Source of the DNA: an uncultured Verrucomicrobiales bacterium | GTDB taxonomy: Bacteria > Pseudomonadota > Alphaproteobacteria > Paracaedibacterales > CAIOTO01 | Reading direction: 5' to 3' | DNA: 62,743 nucleotides | Assembly: GCA_964478775.1 (NCBI GenBank) | Contig: CAYZJC010000005.1 | Coordinates: forward strand, 8,848 to 71,590 | Shown here: positions 16,923 through 28,048 of the stretch, piece by piece | How positions within the stretch are numbered: position 1 is the first letter of the stretch | Layout of the letters: the number at the start of each line of letters is the position of its first letter | Program-made: the position numbers and the translations under genes | The notes under the pieces: model-generated | Seen by the model: the letters and a program-made list of their open reading frames with translations, nothing else | Database searches by the model: none | Told to the model about the DNA's origin: nothing

Positions 16923-17774
16923 ATGGTGAATAACTTTTTAGGTTTTATTTTTTTGGTACGTGTATTTTTATTTTTGCTATCTGTTTTTTTATTAACGGAA
17001 AGCTTTGCCCCAAATGTGTGTCTTGCATCACCCAATAAAACACGCAAAAGCTTTCTTAGCAGGCAAGAAAAATGGGTTGACTGCAGTTTGAAATTTTGCA
17101 GTATCGAACATATTCAACAAGGTCTAGATAGTGGCTTTAGTATTAATGCGAAAAGTAAATGCGGTACGACCTTGCTGATGAGCGCAATTTGTTGCAATAA
17201 TACTGAAGTTGCAGATTTTATATTAAATAAAGGGGCAGATTTTACCCTCGTTGACTTGGAAGGAAGCACCACCCTTCATTGGTGTGCCTTATTTGGCTGT
17301 CTAGAAATTTCAAAGCGTTTACTCGCTATGGGTGCGAACCCAAATCAATCAACCCCGTTAGGAACAACACCCTTAATGCAAACCGTAATTTACAACAAGC
17401 CACATCTCACCAGACAGTTACTTGCGCAACCAGGAATTGATGTAAACGCCTATAATGTGTGTGCAAGCACAGCACTTAGTCAAGCCGTTGCATACAATCA
17501 TATTGAAATAGTAGCGTTGTTATTAGAACATCCAGGTACGCACTATTACCTAACAGACAATCAGCACACGGCAGTTCATGAGTATGCGAAGACTGCTGAA
17601 ATGAAAGGTATATTAAGGCTTCATCGACTTAAACCCTTTTTAGCGTTTTTAAAGGTGTCACAAATTCAAACCCCTTACACGCAAGTGATACTTGGAGAAG
17701 AGATTAAGCTAATGCACACAACAACAATTTTAGAAAACCCAGACCTTACACGTTATGTATGTGGCTTTCTATGA
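16923..17774 (+). CDS. Ankyrin-repeat protein with N-terminal signal-like sequence (ANK-1)
   Basis: The hydrophobic N-terminus is FLGFIFLVRVFLFLLSVFLLTESFA. There are 4-5 ANK repeats (GTTLLMSAICCNNTEVADFILNKGAD, GSTTLHWCALFGCLEISKRLLAMGANPN, GTTPLMQTVIYNK..., STALSQAVAYNHIEIVALLLEHPG). The C-terminal tail is ...KPFLAFLKVSQIQTP...ENPDLTRYVCGFL. Confidence 0.85.
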   Translation: MVNNFLGFIFLVRVFLFLLSVFLLTESFAPNVCLASPNKTRKSFLSRQEKWVDCSLKFCSIEHIQQGLDSGFSINAKSKCGTTLLMSAICCNNTEVADFILNKGADFTLVDLEGSTTLHWCALFGCLEISKRLLAMGANPNQSTPLGTTPLMQTVIYNKPHLTRQLLAQPGIDVNAYNVCASTALSQAVAYNHIEIVALLLEHPGTHYYLTDNQHTAVHEYAKTAEMKGILRLHRLKPFLAFLKVSQIQTPYTQVILGEEIKLMHTTTILENPDLTRYVCGFL

Positions 17775-17807
17775 TTTATTTGATATGAATACAAAAGCAG
17801 GATAGGC

Positions 17808-18641
17808 ATGAATTTTATACGGCTCAAAAGTCTTGCACTACAAGCTCTTTTAATATTACTTGTAAGTTGCCTATATACTGGTGCAGGTCATGCTATGATA
17901 CGACTTGCACTGCAATCCGCTTATTTTGAAAGAACTTGGATTGATCAACACTTTGAGTCATGTAGTATTGAGTCAGCGAAGAAATATATAGATAATGGCA
18001 ATTGCATTAATTTGCAAAGTCCAGCTGGCACAACATTCTTAATGCAGGCAATTATTCATCATCAAATTGAAACTGTTGATTTTATTTTAGATAATGAACC
18101 AGATGTTAATCTTGCCAACAAGATTGGTGGTACAGCTTTGCATTATGCAGCGCAAGCAGGCCTTGAAGAAGTTGCACAAAGACTATTGCAGATGGGGGCA
18201 AACCCTAATGCGAAAAGCTGGATGGGGTGGACCCCTTTAATGTCTGCAGAAACGTATGAGCAAATTAATGTCCTTCGACAATTGCTAATGCACCCACAAG
18301 TGGATGTCAACGCTCAAGACTGTAGTGGCTATACAGCTCTAATGTATGCTGCGTTAAGCAATAAATGTGAGATTGCTGCAATACTACTTAACCACCCGTC
18401 AATTGATATTCATATTGTGGATGATTTAGCGTGTATGGTCGACCTCAGTATTCTTACACCTGAAATGAGGGGGGAATTTCGGTTTCACACCTTAAGTCCC
18501 TTTTTAAAATTTTTACAAAGTTCACAAATTCAAACGCCGACAACGTCCATGATGCCTGCGCAAGTAGAAAGAATCCCTCATGTGATAAAAGCTCTAGAAA
18601 ACCGAGACCTCACACGTTTTTTGTGTGAATTTATTGGCTAG
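17808..18641 (+). CDS. Ankyrin-repeat protein with N-terminal signal-like sequence (ANK-2; tandem paralogue of ANK-1)
   Basis: The SD AGGA precedes the ATG. The N-terminus is LKSLALQALLILLVSCLYTGAGHA. ANK repeats include GTTFLMQAIIHHQIETVDFILDNEPD and GGTALHYAAQAGLEEVAQRLLQMGANPN. It is colinear with ANK-1 throughout (about 40-45% identity by eye). The tail is ...SPFLKFLQSSQIQTP...ENRDLTRFLCEFIG. Confidence 0.85.
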   Translation: MNFIRLKSLALQALLILLVSCLYTGAGHAMIRLALQSAYFERTWIDQHFESCSIESAKKYIDNGNCINLQSPAGTTFLMQAIIHHQIETVDFILDNEPDVNLANKIGGTALHYAAQAGLEEVAQRLLQMGANPNAKSWMGWTPLMSAETYEQINVLRQLLMHPQVDVNAQDCSGYTALMYAALSNKCEIAAILLNHPSIDIHIVDDLACMVDLSILTPEMRGEFRFHTLSPFLKFLQSSQIQTPTTSMMPAQVERIPHVIKALENRDLTRFLCEFIG

Positions 18642-18662
18642 GCAGCTGCGCTAAAGCATGCC

Positions 18663-20159
<1,497 letters not shown>

Positions 20160-20193
20160 TCAAAGGCTTAAGCATTAGGTTAATATCATGGGC

Positions 20194-21078
20194 TTAAGCT
20201 GCAGCGCTTGCACCTGCTAAAATTTCAATTAATTCATTGGTTATTTGCGACTGTCTTTTTTGGTTGTAATCAAGCTGTAGGCGGTCAATCATATCGCGGG
20301 CATTTTTAGATGCATTATCCATAGCAGACATTCTTGCTGCTTGTTCACACACATTATTTTCAATCAACAAAATTTGCAGCTGAACCAATAGATTTATTTC
20401 AAGTACCTTTGGTAATAATTTTCCAACATGTGGTTCACATTCCATCATGCGTAAATCAGCATGGTGACCTTGTGTCTCTTGATAAGGGAATGGAAGCAAT
20501 GTTCTGGTTTCAATAGGTTGTGATAGCACACTTTTAAATTTGCCAGTCACGAGATGAATTTCCCCAATCTCTTTTTCAGCAATATAACACAGCAATGTTT
20601 TATGTAATGTGTGCACATCACAAGACGAGGCCTGCATACGATAATAAAATGTCAACAAATGTGTAGGGTAATCTTGTGTAAAGTTATCATGTGCAAAAAC
20701 TTCATGTAATTTTCGCCCTATTGGAAAAAACAAAGGTGTTTTCCCGTGCTTTTTCAATGTGTTGGCAAGTTGTCTCATTTCACGCGCAACGTTGGTTGTG
20801 TACGAACCACAAAGACCACGATGTGCACCAATTCCCACAATAAGAACGACACCACTCGCATGCCCTGTTAATAAGGTAGATGTCAAACCTTCTGTGCGTG
20901 CAAGGGCTGCAACATCACGTGTGAAACGGGAAAAAGAAGTGGTAAATTTAATACTTTTAAAGAGAGTATCTTGGGCACGTCTTAGTTTTGCAGACGCCAC
21001 CATCTTCATGGCAGATGTAATTTTCTGTGTTGACTTCACAGACTTAATACGCAAACGCAGTTCTTTTAGTGTGCTCAT
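20194..21078 (-). CDS. atpG: F1 ATP synthase gamma subunit
   Basis: The N-terminus is [33 protein letters not shown] and the C-terminus is [25 protein letters not shown]. Positioned between atpA and atpD. Confidence 0.9.
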   Translation of the reverse strand: MSTLKELRLRIKSVKSTQKITSAMKMVASAKLRRAQDTLFKSIKFTTSFSRFTRDVAALARTEGLTSTLLTGHASGVVLIVGIGAHRGLCGSYTTNVAREMRQLANTLKKHGKTPLFFPIGRKLHEVFAHDNFTQDYPTHLLTFYYRMQASSCDVHTLHKTLLCYIAEKEIGEIHLVTGKFKSVLSQPIETRTLLPFPYQETQGHHADLRMMECEPHVGKLLPKVLEINLLVQLQILLIENNVCEQAARMSAMDNASKNARDMIDRLQLDYNQKRQSQITNELIEILAGASAAA

Positions 21079-22634
21079 GCTGTGCCTTCATTAGTACCAA
21101 GTTTTTGAAGAAGGAAAGTTTTAACAAAATCAGGTAAGAATGACTTTAATAATTGATCATTATCATCTGACAGCACTTTACTTGTTTTAATATCTTCAAT
21201 GATTTGTGGGTGATAATGTTCTACATGGTCAAACAAAGCCATTTCGAAAGCTTTTACATGAATTGTTGGGATGGTATCTAAAAACAATGAAATAACTTCA
21301 TGGGCTAGTCCAAGTGGTGAATTGTTTGATTGCTTTAACAGTTCAGTTAAACGCTGACCCCTGTCTAATAATTTTCTTGTAGAAGCATCAAGGTCGCTTG
21401 CAAACTGAGAAAAAGCAGCCATTTCCCGGTATTGCGCTAATTCCAGTTTAATACTTCCCGACACTTTTTTCATAGCCTTGGTCTGCGCTGCTGAACCCAC
21501 ACGGCTTACAGATAAACCAACGTTAATCGCAGGTCTAACCCCTTTATAAAACAGTTCAGACTCTAAAAAGATTTGCCCATCCGTAATTGAAATAATGTTT
21601 GTTGGAATGTATGCAGACACGTCACCTGCTTGTGTTTCAACAATAGGAAGCGCGGTAAGGGAACCTGCGCCTTGGGCATCACTCATCTTCGCGGCACGTT
21701 CAAGTAAACGTGAATGCAGGTAAAACACATCACCAGGGTACGCTTCACGCCCTGGGGGGCGACGAAGCAATAAAGACATTTGACGATACGCAACAGCATG
21801 CTTTGACAAGTCATCATAAATAATTAAGGCATGCATCCCGTTGTCACGAAAATATTCCCCCATTGTACAGGCTATATAAGGCGCCAGGTATTGTAAGGGA
21901 GCCGGATCCGAAGCCGTTGCTTGCACCACAATTGTATAATCCATCGCATCTTGTTCTTCTAACGCTTTTACAATACGTGCAACAGATGACCGTTTTTGAC
22001 CAATCGCAACATAAATACAATAGACTTTGTCTTTTGCTGACGCTGTGCGGTTAAATTCTTTTTGGTTTAAAATGGTGTCAATTGCAATACTGGTTTTTCC
22101 TGTTTGACGGTCACCAATAATTAATTCACGCTGACCACGCCCTATGGGGACCAAAGAATCAATCGCCTTGATACCTGTCATCATGGGTTCATGAACAGAT
22201 TTACGTGCGATAATACCAGGGGCCTTTTTTTCAACAGGCGTTTTTTCAACATTTTCTAAGGGGCCTTTTCCATCTAATGGCTCACCAAGCCCGTCAACTA
22301 CGCGGCCAAGCAAGCCCATGCCGACAAAAGTGTCCACAATTGTGTTCGTGCGCCTTACAAGGTCACCTTCGGTTACATCTCTGTCAGAACCCGCAATCAC
22401 AACGCCCACGTTGTCGACTTCAAGGTTGGTGGCAATTCCTTTAATAATTTTCCCTGTTTTCTTTGAAACAAATTCAACCCATTCACCAGCTTGTACTTGG
22501 TCAATGCCATGCACACGGGCAACACCATCACCAACTGACAACACGAAACCCGTTTCCAAAATAGTGGCGGCTGGTGTAAAGTTTAAGATTTTTTCCTTAA
22601 TTAAAGTTGACACTTCAGATACTTTAGTGGTCAT
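21075..22634 (-). CDS. atpA: F1 ATP synthase alpha subunit
   Basis: Walker A GDRQTGKT, plus [21 protein letters not shown]; 519 aa. It has 4-nt overlaps with both atpH and atpG. Confidence 0.97.
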   Translation of the reverse strand: MTTKVSEVSTLIKEKILNFTPAATILETGFVLSVGDGVARVHGIDQVQAGEWVEFVSKKTGKIIKGIATNLEVDNVGVVIAGSDRDVTEGDLVRRTNTIVDTFVGMGLLGRVVDGLGEPLDGKGPLENVEKTPVEKKAPGIIARKSVHEPMMTGIKAIDSLVPIGRGQRELIIGDRQTGKTSIAIDTILNQKEFNRTASAKDKVYCIYVAIGQKRSSVARIVKALEEQDAMDYTIVVQATASDPAPLQYLAPYIACTMGEYFRDNGMHALIIYDDLSKHAVAYRQMSLLLRRPPGREAYPGDVFYLHSRLLERAAKMSDAQGAGSLTALPIVETQAGDVSAYIPTNIISITDGQIFLESELFYKGVRPAINVGLSVSRVGSAAQTKAMKKVSGSIKLELAQYREMAAFSQFASDLDASTRKLLDRGQRLTELLKQSNNSPLGLAHEVISLFLDTIPTIHVKAFEMALFDHVEHYHPQIIEDIKTSKVLSDDNDQLLKSFLPDFVKTFLLQKLGTNEGTA

Positions 22635-23212
22635 TTATTATCTCCTTTAAGGGTGGCGTCTGTTAAAGTTTTATGTAATTGGCTAATTTGTGTGGAAACA
22701 CTGGCGTCAATTTGCAAGGTGTCTTGAACATTTGCAACAAAGCCACCGATGAGAGATGGTATGGCCTGATACTCATACCGCATTTCTTTTCCAAATAATT
22801 GTGTGATTTTCTCTTCCAATTGTTTGCGTTGTGAAACATCTGGCATTTCAGCCACACTCAGCATAACAGATAAACGATTTTGCGCATGATCATTTAAACT
22901 TTCAAACACGTCAATAATACTCGGCAACAAATTAATTCTTCTAGATTGATGAATGATTTTGAAAAATTGCCCAAGATACGCTGGCCATTTAAGTTTCGTC
23001 ACACAATCTGCGATTAATTCACTAAATTGATCTGCATTCAAGAACAATAACTCGCTAGTGCGGATGTTGTGCACTTGCATTGAAGCATAAAAAAAATTGA
23101 GACCCGTTAGTACAGCATCTGTTTGTTGTTGCGTTAAAGCCACCTCAAACAAAGCTTTGGCATAACGCCCTGGCATTGAGGTTTGCAGTCCTCTGAGTCG
23201 TGAAGCATCCAT
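22631..23212 (-). CDS. atpH: F1 ATP synthase delta (OSCP) subunit
   Basis: 193 aa. The OSCP-like N-terminus is [12 protein letters not shown]. It occupies the first position of the atpHAGD cluster. Confidence 0.85.
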   Translation of the reverse strand: MDASRLRGLQTSMPGRYAKALFEVALTQQQTDAVLTGLNFFYASMQVHNIRTSELLFLNADQFSELIADCVTKLKWPAYLGQFFKIIHQSRRINLLPSIIDVFESLNDHAQNRLSVMLSVAEMPDVSQRKQLEEKITQLFGKEMRYEYQAIPSLIGGFVANVQDTLQIDASVSTQISQLHKTLTDATLKGDNK

Positions 23213-23461
23213 AAAATTGTCTTAAAAAAATATTAATTGTAAAATAGATCTATATAAACTCTACCACACATTATTTGCGCATGCCAACAGATTGTGTGTC
23301 TTTAACAACATCATGCCTTTTTGACTTTCAGTTACTTAAATTAAAGGGGGGGTTATGATAATGTGCATTGCATTTGGCACTTCTCGGTTGTCACGATATT
23401 CTGGCGTAAGCTATGAGTGAAAACTTTCCCACCACAAGGGCTGATATGAGTGAGTGTAGGA

Positions 23462-24403
23462 TTATTTTGTATGCTTATCAACTTGAAATAACATTAAGGG
23501 AACAACGACAACGACAATAATGGAGACGGCTAAAGCACAGGCTTGCGGCCAGTCGCGGTTATTGAAAAATTCACTCCACAATGTGCGGCCAATCATTAGC
23601 GTGTCAGGCCCTCCTAAGAGTTCCGGGATTACAAATTCTCCCACCGCAGGCACAAAGACCAACACAAAGCCCGCTATAATTCCGGGCATTGCAGAGGGCA
23701 CAATAATGCGCCAGAATGTCATCCATGGGGTAGCTCCTAAATCATACGATACCTCTATTAAAGTAGAATCTATTTTTTGCAAACTTGTATAAATTGGCAA
23801 CACCATAAATGGCAAATAACAATAAACAATTCCAATACATACCGCATATGTGTTCCCCAGCATTAAAAGCGGGGAAGAAATAAGCCCAAGCTTCATCAGC
23901 AATTGATTGATCATCCCTGTTGCACTCAGTAATGACATCCACCCATACACACGAATTAAAAATGATGTCCAAAAGGGTAAGATAATAAGAAACAAACAGA
24001 GAAGACGCATGCGCTTAGGTGTTTTTGAAATGCCATAGGCCATCATAAAACCTAGCACCAAGCAAACACACGCAGAAAGCCCAGCCACCGAAAGGGAAGA
24101 CACGAATGTTGAAAGATAAATATCATCGCTCAACAGCATTTTGTAGTTTGAAAAATTAATTTGAATTTTAAGCAAGTAAGGCTGCACCCATTCAAAAATG
24201 GCTGAGTATGGTGGCATACCAATAATCGCATTTGACAAACTGATTTTAACAATCAGCAAAAAAGGAATCAGAAAAAATAACCCTAGCCAAGCGTACGCAG
24301 GTAAAATGACAAGCCAGCTCTTTTGTTGCATAAAGCTATTTACAATTTTTCTGTGCAGAAAAGCAAACCAATGGTTTAGTTTTAAATAGGCGGATGTCAT
24401 CAT
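23462..24403 (-). CDS. ABC transporter permease, PotB/PotH (polyamine) type
   Basis: 313 aa with 6 TM segments. The EAA-loop motif is SLQKIDSTLIEVSYDLGATPWMTFWRIIVP. No partner ABC genes are adjacent. Confidence 0.8.
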   Translation of the reverse strand: MMTSAYLKLNHWFAFLHRKIVNSFMQQKSWLVILPAYAWLGLFFLIPFLLIVKISLSNAIIGMPPYSAIFEWVQPYLLKIQINFSNYKMLLSDDIYLSTFVSSLSVAGLSACVCLVLGFMMAYGISKTPKRMRLLCLFLIILPFWTSFLIRVYGWMSLLSATGMINQLLMKLGLISSPLLMLGNTYAVCIGIVYCYLPFMVLPIYTSLQKIDSTLIEVSYDLGATPWMTFWRIIVPSAMPGIIAGFVLVFVPAVGEFVIPELLGGPDTLMIGRTLWSEFFNNRDWPQACALAVSIIVVVVVPLMLFQVDKHTK

Positions 24404-24622
24404 TTATATTTCATTTTTCTAAAAAAATTACACAACACATTAACTAACTATCAATGTTCTATTCGTATAATCTAATTAAGAGCATCATAAGGCAGGGCAT
24501 ATGCATTGTGTAAAAACCAATTGCCCTAACTTGTTTTAATAAGATCATACTTACCAGTACTGTATCACACACAGGTTAACTTTAAAATAAAGACCTGAGG
24601 TGTGAAATAAAAGAAAGGAAGT

Positions 24623-25984
24623 ATGCAGGAGACTTGGACCATGACAACAGCAGCGTCGATACCGGCTGAATCAACAAAAAATTGGCAGGACAATGAAGTG
24701 TTAAAAGAATGCATCACCAAGTCCGTGCATGACTTTTGCGCAAACATAGAAGAAAGCGATTCCGTAAGACATGACTCGCCAGCCATTTATGTTGCAAGTG
24801 AATATCCAAATCTAGCAATGGATAAAAAAATGGTGTTGCAATCCTTGCTTCATGAACATTGGCAAGCGCTTGCGACAGTTTCCCATGAGGAATTACAAGG
24901 TCTTACCAGAACTTTATTTACTGAATTTGAAAAGTTAGGCTTGAACCGTGAATGGTTTAGACAAGCCCAATGCTTTATCTTAGAATCTGTAACTGACTTT
25001 TATGCCTCGCATCTTCATAAAAGGTCATATGGCAACACGTCTTCCACAAGCCAACAACTGCGAGACATTCAAAAAATCATCTTAAACGGTATAGCAGACT
25101 TTTACTCTTTAAGTTCAGAGCGAAGAATCGACAACCTGCTCAATGACAAAAATTATCTCATTTCTGTGTTAAAGCAAAATATTGCCAATGTTATTAATGG
25201 TATTGCTATATCAGGTAATGACTTATCAGGCACAACCAGCCGTGTGTTAGCGTCTTCAAAATCAACATATGGAAAAGCTGTGGCTATGGTGTCAATGTCT
25301 GAACAGTTTTCACAAAATGTTTCCTCTGTATCTATGGCAACGCAAAACCTTTCCACTTCAATTGATGAAATCGCAACGCAGCTTTCAAAAGGTGCTAATA
25401 TGACCCGCAAAAGCGCGTCAGAAGCTAAAAAAGCACAAGAAGTGGTACAAAGCCTATCTAGTGCTGCACAAAAAATTGGGGAAGTTGTTAAAATTATTAA
25501 TGAAATCGCCAATCAGACAAATCTATTGGCGTTAAATGCAACAATTGAAGCTGCGCGTGCAGGTAATGCCGGCAAAGGCTTTTCTGTTGTTGCATCTGAA
25601 GTGAAAAACCTTGCTGGTCAAACAGCCAAAGCAACAGATGAAATCACCAAACAAATTAAAGAAATGCAAGATGCCACAGAAAAAGTGGTTACATCGATTA
25701 AAGAAATGACAACCACCATTGCAGATATCAATAGCGGCACCTCTATTATTTCATCTGCGGTCAATGAACAAGGCAGTGCTACGCAGGAAATTTTCAGAAG
25801 CATTGCCCATGTGGCATCATCAAGTGTAACGTTTATTAACCTAATTAATCAGCTAAAATCTTTCACTGGTGAAACAGCGAATGCGACCCAAGAAAGTTTA
25901 AACATCGCCATTAAGGTGACAGACCAGTCCTTATATTTAAGAGAATCGCTCCAGCAAATTATTGACTTTATGTCTTCAAATTAA
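24623..25984 (+). CDS. Soluble methyl-accepting chemotaxis protein with an N-terminal globin-coupled-sensor-like domain
   Basis: The SD AAAGGAAG precedes the ATG. The signalling hairpin tip is [38 protein letters not shown] see no TM helices. The N-terminal segment ...[26 protein letters not shown] resembles the HemAT globin motif. Confidence 0.85.
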   Translation: MQETWTMTTAASIPAESTKNWQDNEVLKECITKSVHDFCANIEESDSVRHDSPAIYVASEYPNLAMDKKMVLQSLLHEHWQALATVSHEELQGLTRTLFTEFEKLGLNREWFRQAQCFILESVTDFYASHLHKRSYGNTSSTSQQLRDIQKIILNGIADFYSLSSERRIDNLLNDKNYLISVLKQNIANVINGIAISGNDLSGTTSRVLASSKSTYGKAVAMVSMSEQFSQNVSSVSMATQNLSTSIDEIATQLSKGANMTRKSASEAKKAQEVVQSLSSAAQKIGEVVKIINEIANQTNLLALNATIEAARAGNAGKGFSVVASEVKNLAGQTAKATDEITKQIKEMQDATEKVVTSIKEMTTTIADINSGTSIISSAVNEQGSATQEIFRSIAHVASSSVTFINLINQLKSFTGETANATQESLNIAIKVTDQSLYLRESLQQIIDFMSSN

Positions 25985-26026
25985 GCAGTTGTTACCTTAT
26001 TCCCGTAGCTGATTGGGCTTTATCAT

Positions 26027-26842
26027 TTAACGTTCCGCACAATATGCAGGAACAGAAAAGGATGCTGTGCAACCTGGTGAGTCAGCATTATTTTTTAAAG
26101 ACAGCGTGTGGGCTTGGCGGCCCAAAAACACGTGGCATAAGGTGCAGCCGATTCCTAAACCATCTTCTGAGTTTTTCACTGAAAGTTCCTGTTCTTGGGT
26201 AAGTGATAATTTTTTGCCATTATTTTTTAAAAAGAAGGTAATTAAGTTATTGTTTCTTTCTGCACTTAGTTCAATGATATGTTTTTCTTCACCCATATTT
26301 TTAATTGCATTATGGATTAAGTTAATAAAAACATGCGTGAGTTTTGTGTGGTTAGCAAGCACGTCTGGCAATTTTGTTGTCACGACAATTTCTGTGCCGC
26401 CCCCTTCATGCATGGCTTCCCACAGCATTTCTTTTACATCTTCTAAAACGGCAGAAATATTAACCCTGGAGTCGATATTTTTATGGTCATTCATATGGGT
26501 TTGAATGATATTATTTACAAACGCATTGAGCCGCTGTACGTTTTTTTTCATCATAGATATAAAGAGTTCAGATTCCTGGGTGAATTGATTTTGTGAATCA
26601 GAGCTGATGATGTCAAGAAAGCTATTAATTGTTCGAAGCGGTTCTCGTAAATCGTGCGCTAAGAACAGCGCAAGAGTGTTTGATTTTTCTTCTAAGCTTT
26701 TGCGGGTTACACACTTTTCCTCATACCCACAAGGTTTGGTGTTCTGCAAAGACTCATCAATCGTGGTCACTGTGCAAGGCTCTGCTTGCCTTGCACCCAG
26801 CGCACAAGTCTCATTTGTTTTTTTCTGACAATTATTTTCCAT
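26027..26842 (-). CDS. Minimal cytoplasmic sensor histidine kinase (DHp + CA only)
   Basis: H-box LFLAHDLREPLRTINSF, N-box FINLIHNAIKNM and G-box GLGIGCTL; 271 aa. No TM segments, and only a ~50-aa Cys-rich leader lies ahead of the H-box. Confidence 0.8.
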   Translation of the reverse strand: MENNCQKKTNETCALGARQAEPCTVTTIDESLQNTKPCGYEEKCVTRKSLEEKSNTLALFLAHDLREPLRTINSFLDIISSDSQNQFTQESELFISMMKKNVQRLNAFVNNIIQTHMNDHKNIDSRVNISAVLEDVKEMLWEAMHEGGGTEIVVTTKLPDVLANHTKLTHVFINLIHNAIKNMGEEKHIIELSAERNNNLITFFLKNNGKKLSLTQEQELSVKNSEDGLGIGCTLCHVFLGRQAHTLSLKNNADSPGCTASFSVPAYCAER

Positions 26843-27208
26843 ACGGCCTCACAACTTAATTTTGTAAAGAGTCTCATTACCGTAATCACAGCTAATTATT
26901 GATAGAGCTCCCTGAAAATTAGCCGTAACTGAAGCTTCGCTCATCTCGGACATAAATGTAGCACTTTTCAATATAATATGCAATATAGAAAAGTGTAACC
27001 CTTTTCAAACGAAATAATATGTAAAAGTTTAAATTAAGTAAGCGAATTTTAAATATGAATAAGGCTGTAAGTTTATATCAGAAATTCATTTTATCAGATC
27101 GTATGTTAATGATTATTACAAAACTGATTTTTTACTAAGTAATTAAATTACGCATGAAAAAGTTAAAACAACAAAACCTTCCAATTGATCACCTCACACC
27201 CTCAACGG

Positions 27209-27913
27209 TTACTCTTTTGTTTTCAAAAATGAACCTGTTGCGCTACCAGAAGTAACAACCACGCAAAAATCTGGTTTATCTAGCATGCTTTCAAATTCAG
27301 ACTTGATAGAATGAAAGGGAACACCGCGTACTTTCCAAGACAATTTTGCATCTTCATGAAAGCTAAAGGCAAAAGAACCTGTTCCTTGTGTGAGGGAAAC
27401 TGTTTGCTGTTTTGCATTGTTGGGATGTGGTGCAAATTTACCAGTCACATTGCCCGAACCTAAATTCATGCGTACCATTCCTTTCACGTGAGTGAGATTA
27501 ATATCACCAGCCCCTAAGTTTGCAGAAATTGTGCCTTCAAGACGTGTCATATTGATATTTCCAGAGCCAAGACTAATTGTATGTTTCGTTTTTGGGTTTG
27601 TTACCACTAATTTCATATTGACTTGGCATTGCACATTGTCTGTTGGTTCTGTTTTATTCACAATGATAACCAAATCTTGTTTATTCATTGACGTTTTTAT
27701 AAAACACTTTTTTTCATCAAAATTGATTTTTTCAATGATGAGGGATTGTTGTTCACCCGTTTCAATATCTATATGACCTGAATCAATACTAATTTTAGTA
27801 AGACGAATTTCAGTATTTTCAACCGCCCCAACTGTGTGTGGACTTGCTTTCACATCTCCTATTTGTAAGGCCAATATCATTAAAGATAAGCGAATTTTTT
27901 TTGCAAGGTTCAT
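27209..27913 (-). CDS. Secreted DUF4097-like ('putative adhesin' beta-helix) protein
   Basis: The start is placed at the ATG at 27913, preceded by AAGGAG. The signal is MNLAKKIRLSLMILALQIGDVKA|SPH. Repeated strands GSGNINMTRLEGTISANLGAGDINLTHVKGMVRMNLGSGNVTGKF are typical of the DUF4097/LiaG-like fold. Confidence 0.5.
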   Translation of the reverse strand: MNLAKKIRLSLMILALQIGDVKASPHTVGAVENTEIRLTKISIDSGHIDIETGEQQSLIIEKINFDEKKCFIKTSMNKQDLVIIVNKTEPTDNVQCQVNMKLVVTNPKTKHTISLGSGNINMTRLEGTISANLGAGDINLTHVKGMVRMNLGSGNVTGKFAPHPNNAKQQTVSLTQGTGSFAFSFHEDAKLSWKVRGVPFHSIKSEFESMLDKPDFCVVVTSGSATGSFLKTKE

Positions 27914-28048
27914 AAGCGACGTATCTCCTTTTTTCAAACGTACTTTTTTGCATACTTTACCAAGCATTAAAAAAACCTGGCAAAGAAGTGAGGCATATAC
28001 TATTGTAAAATTACCTTTATATTATGCTTAACATACACGAAATACAAG

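Noticed and set aside
23375-23390. TTGGCAC sigma54 -24-like element upstream of the atp operon region
   Set aside because: No GC lies at the -12 position with correct spacing. The element is on the plus strand while the flanking genes are on the minus strand.
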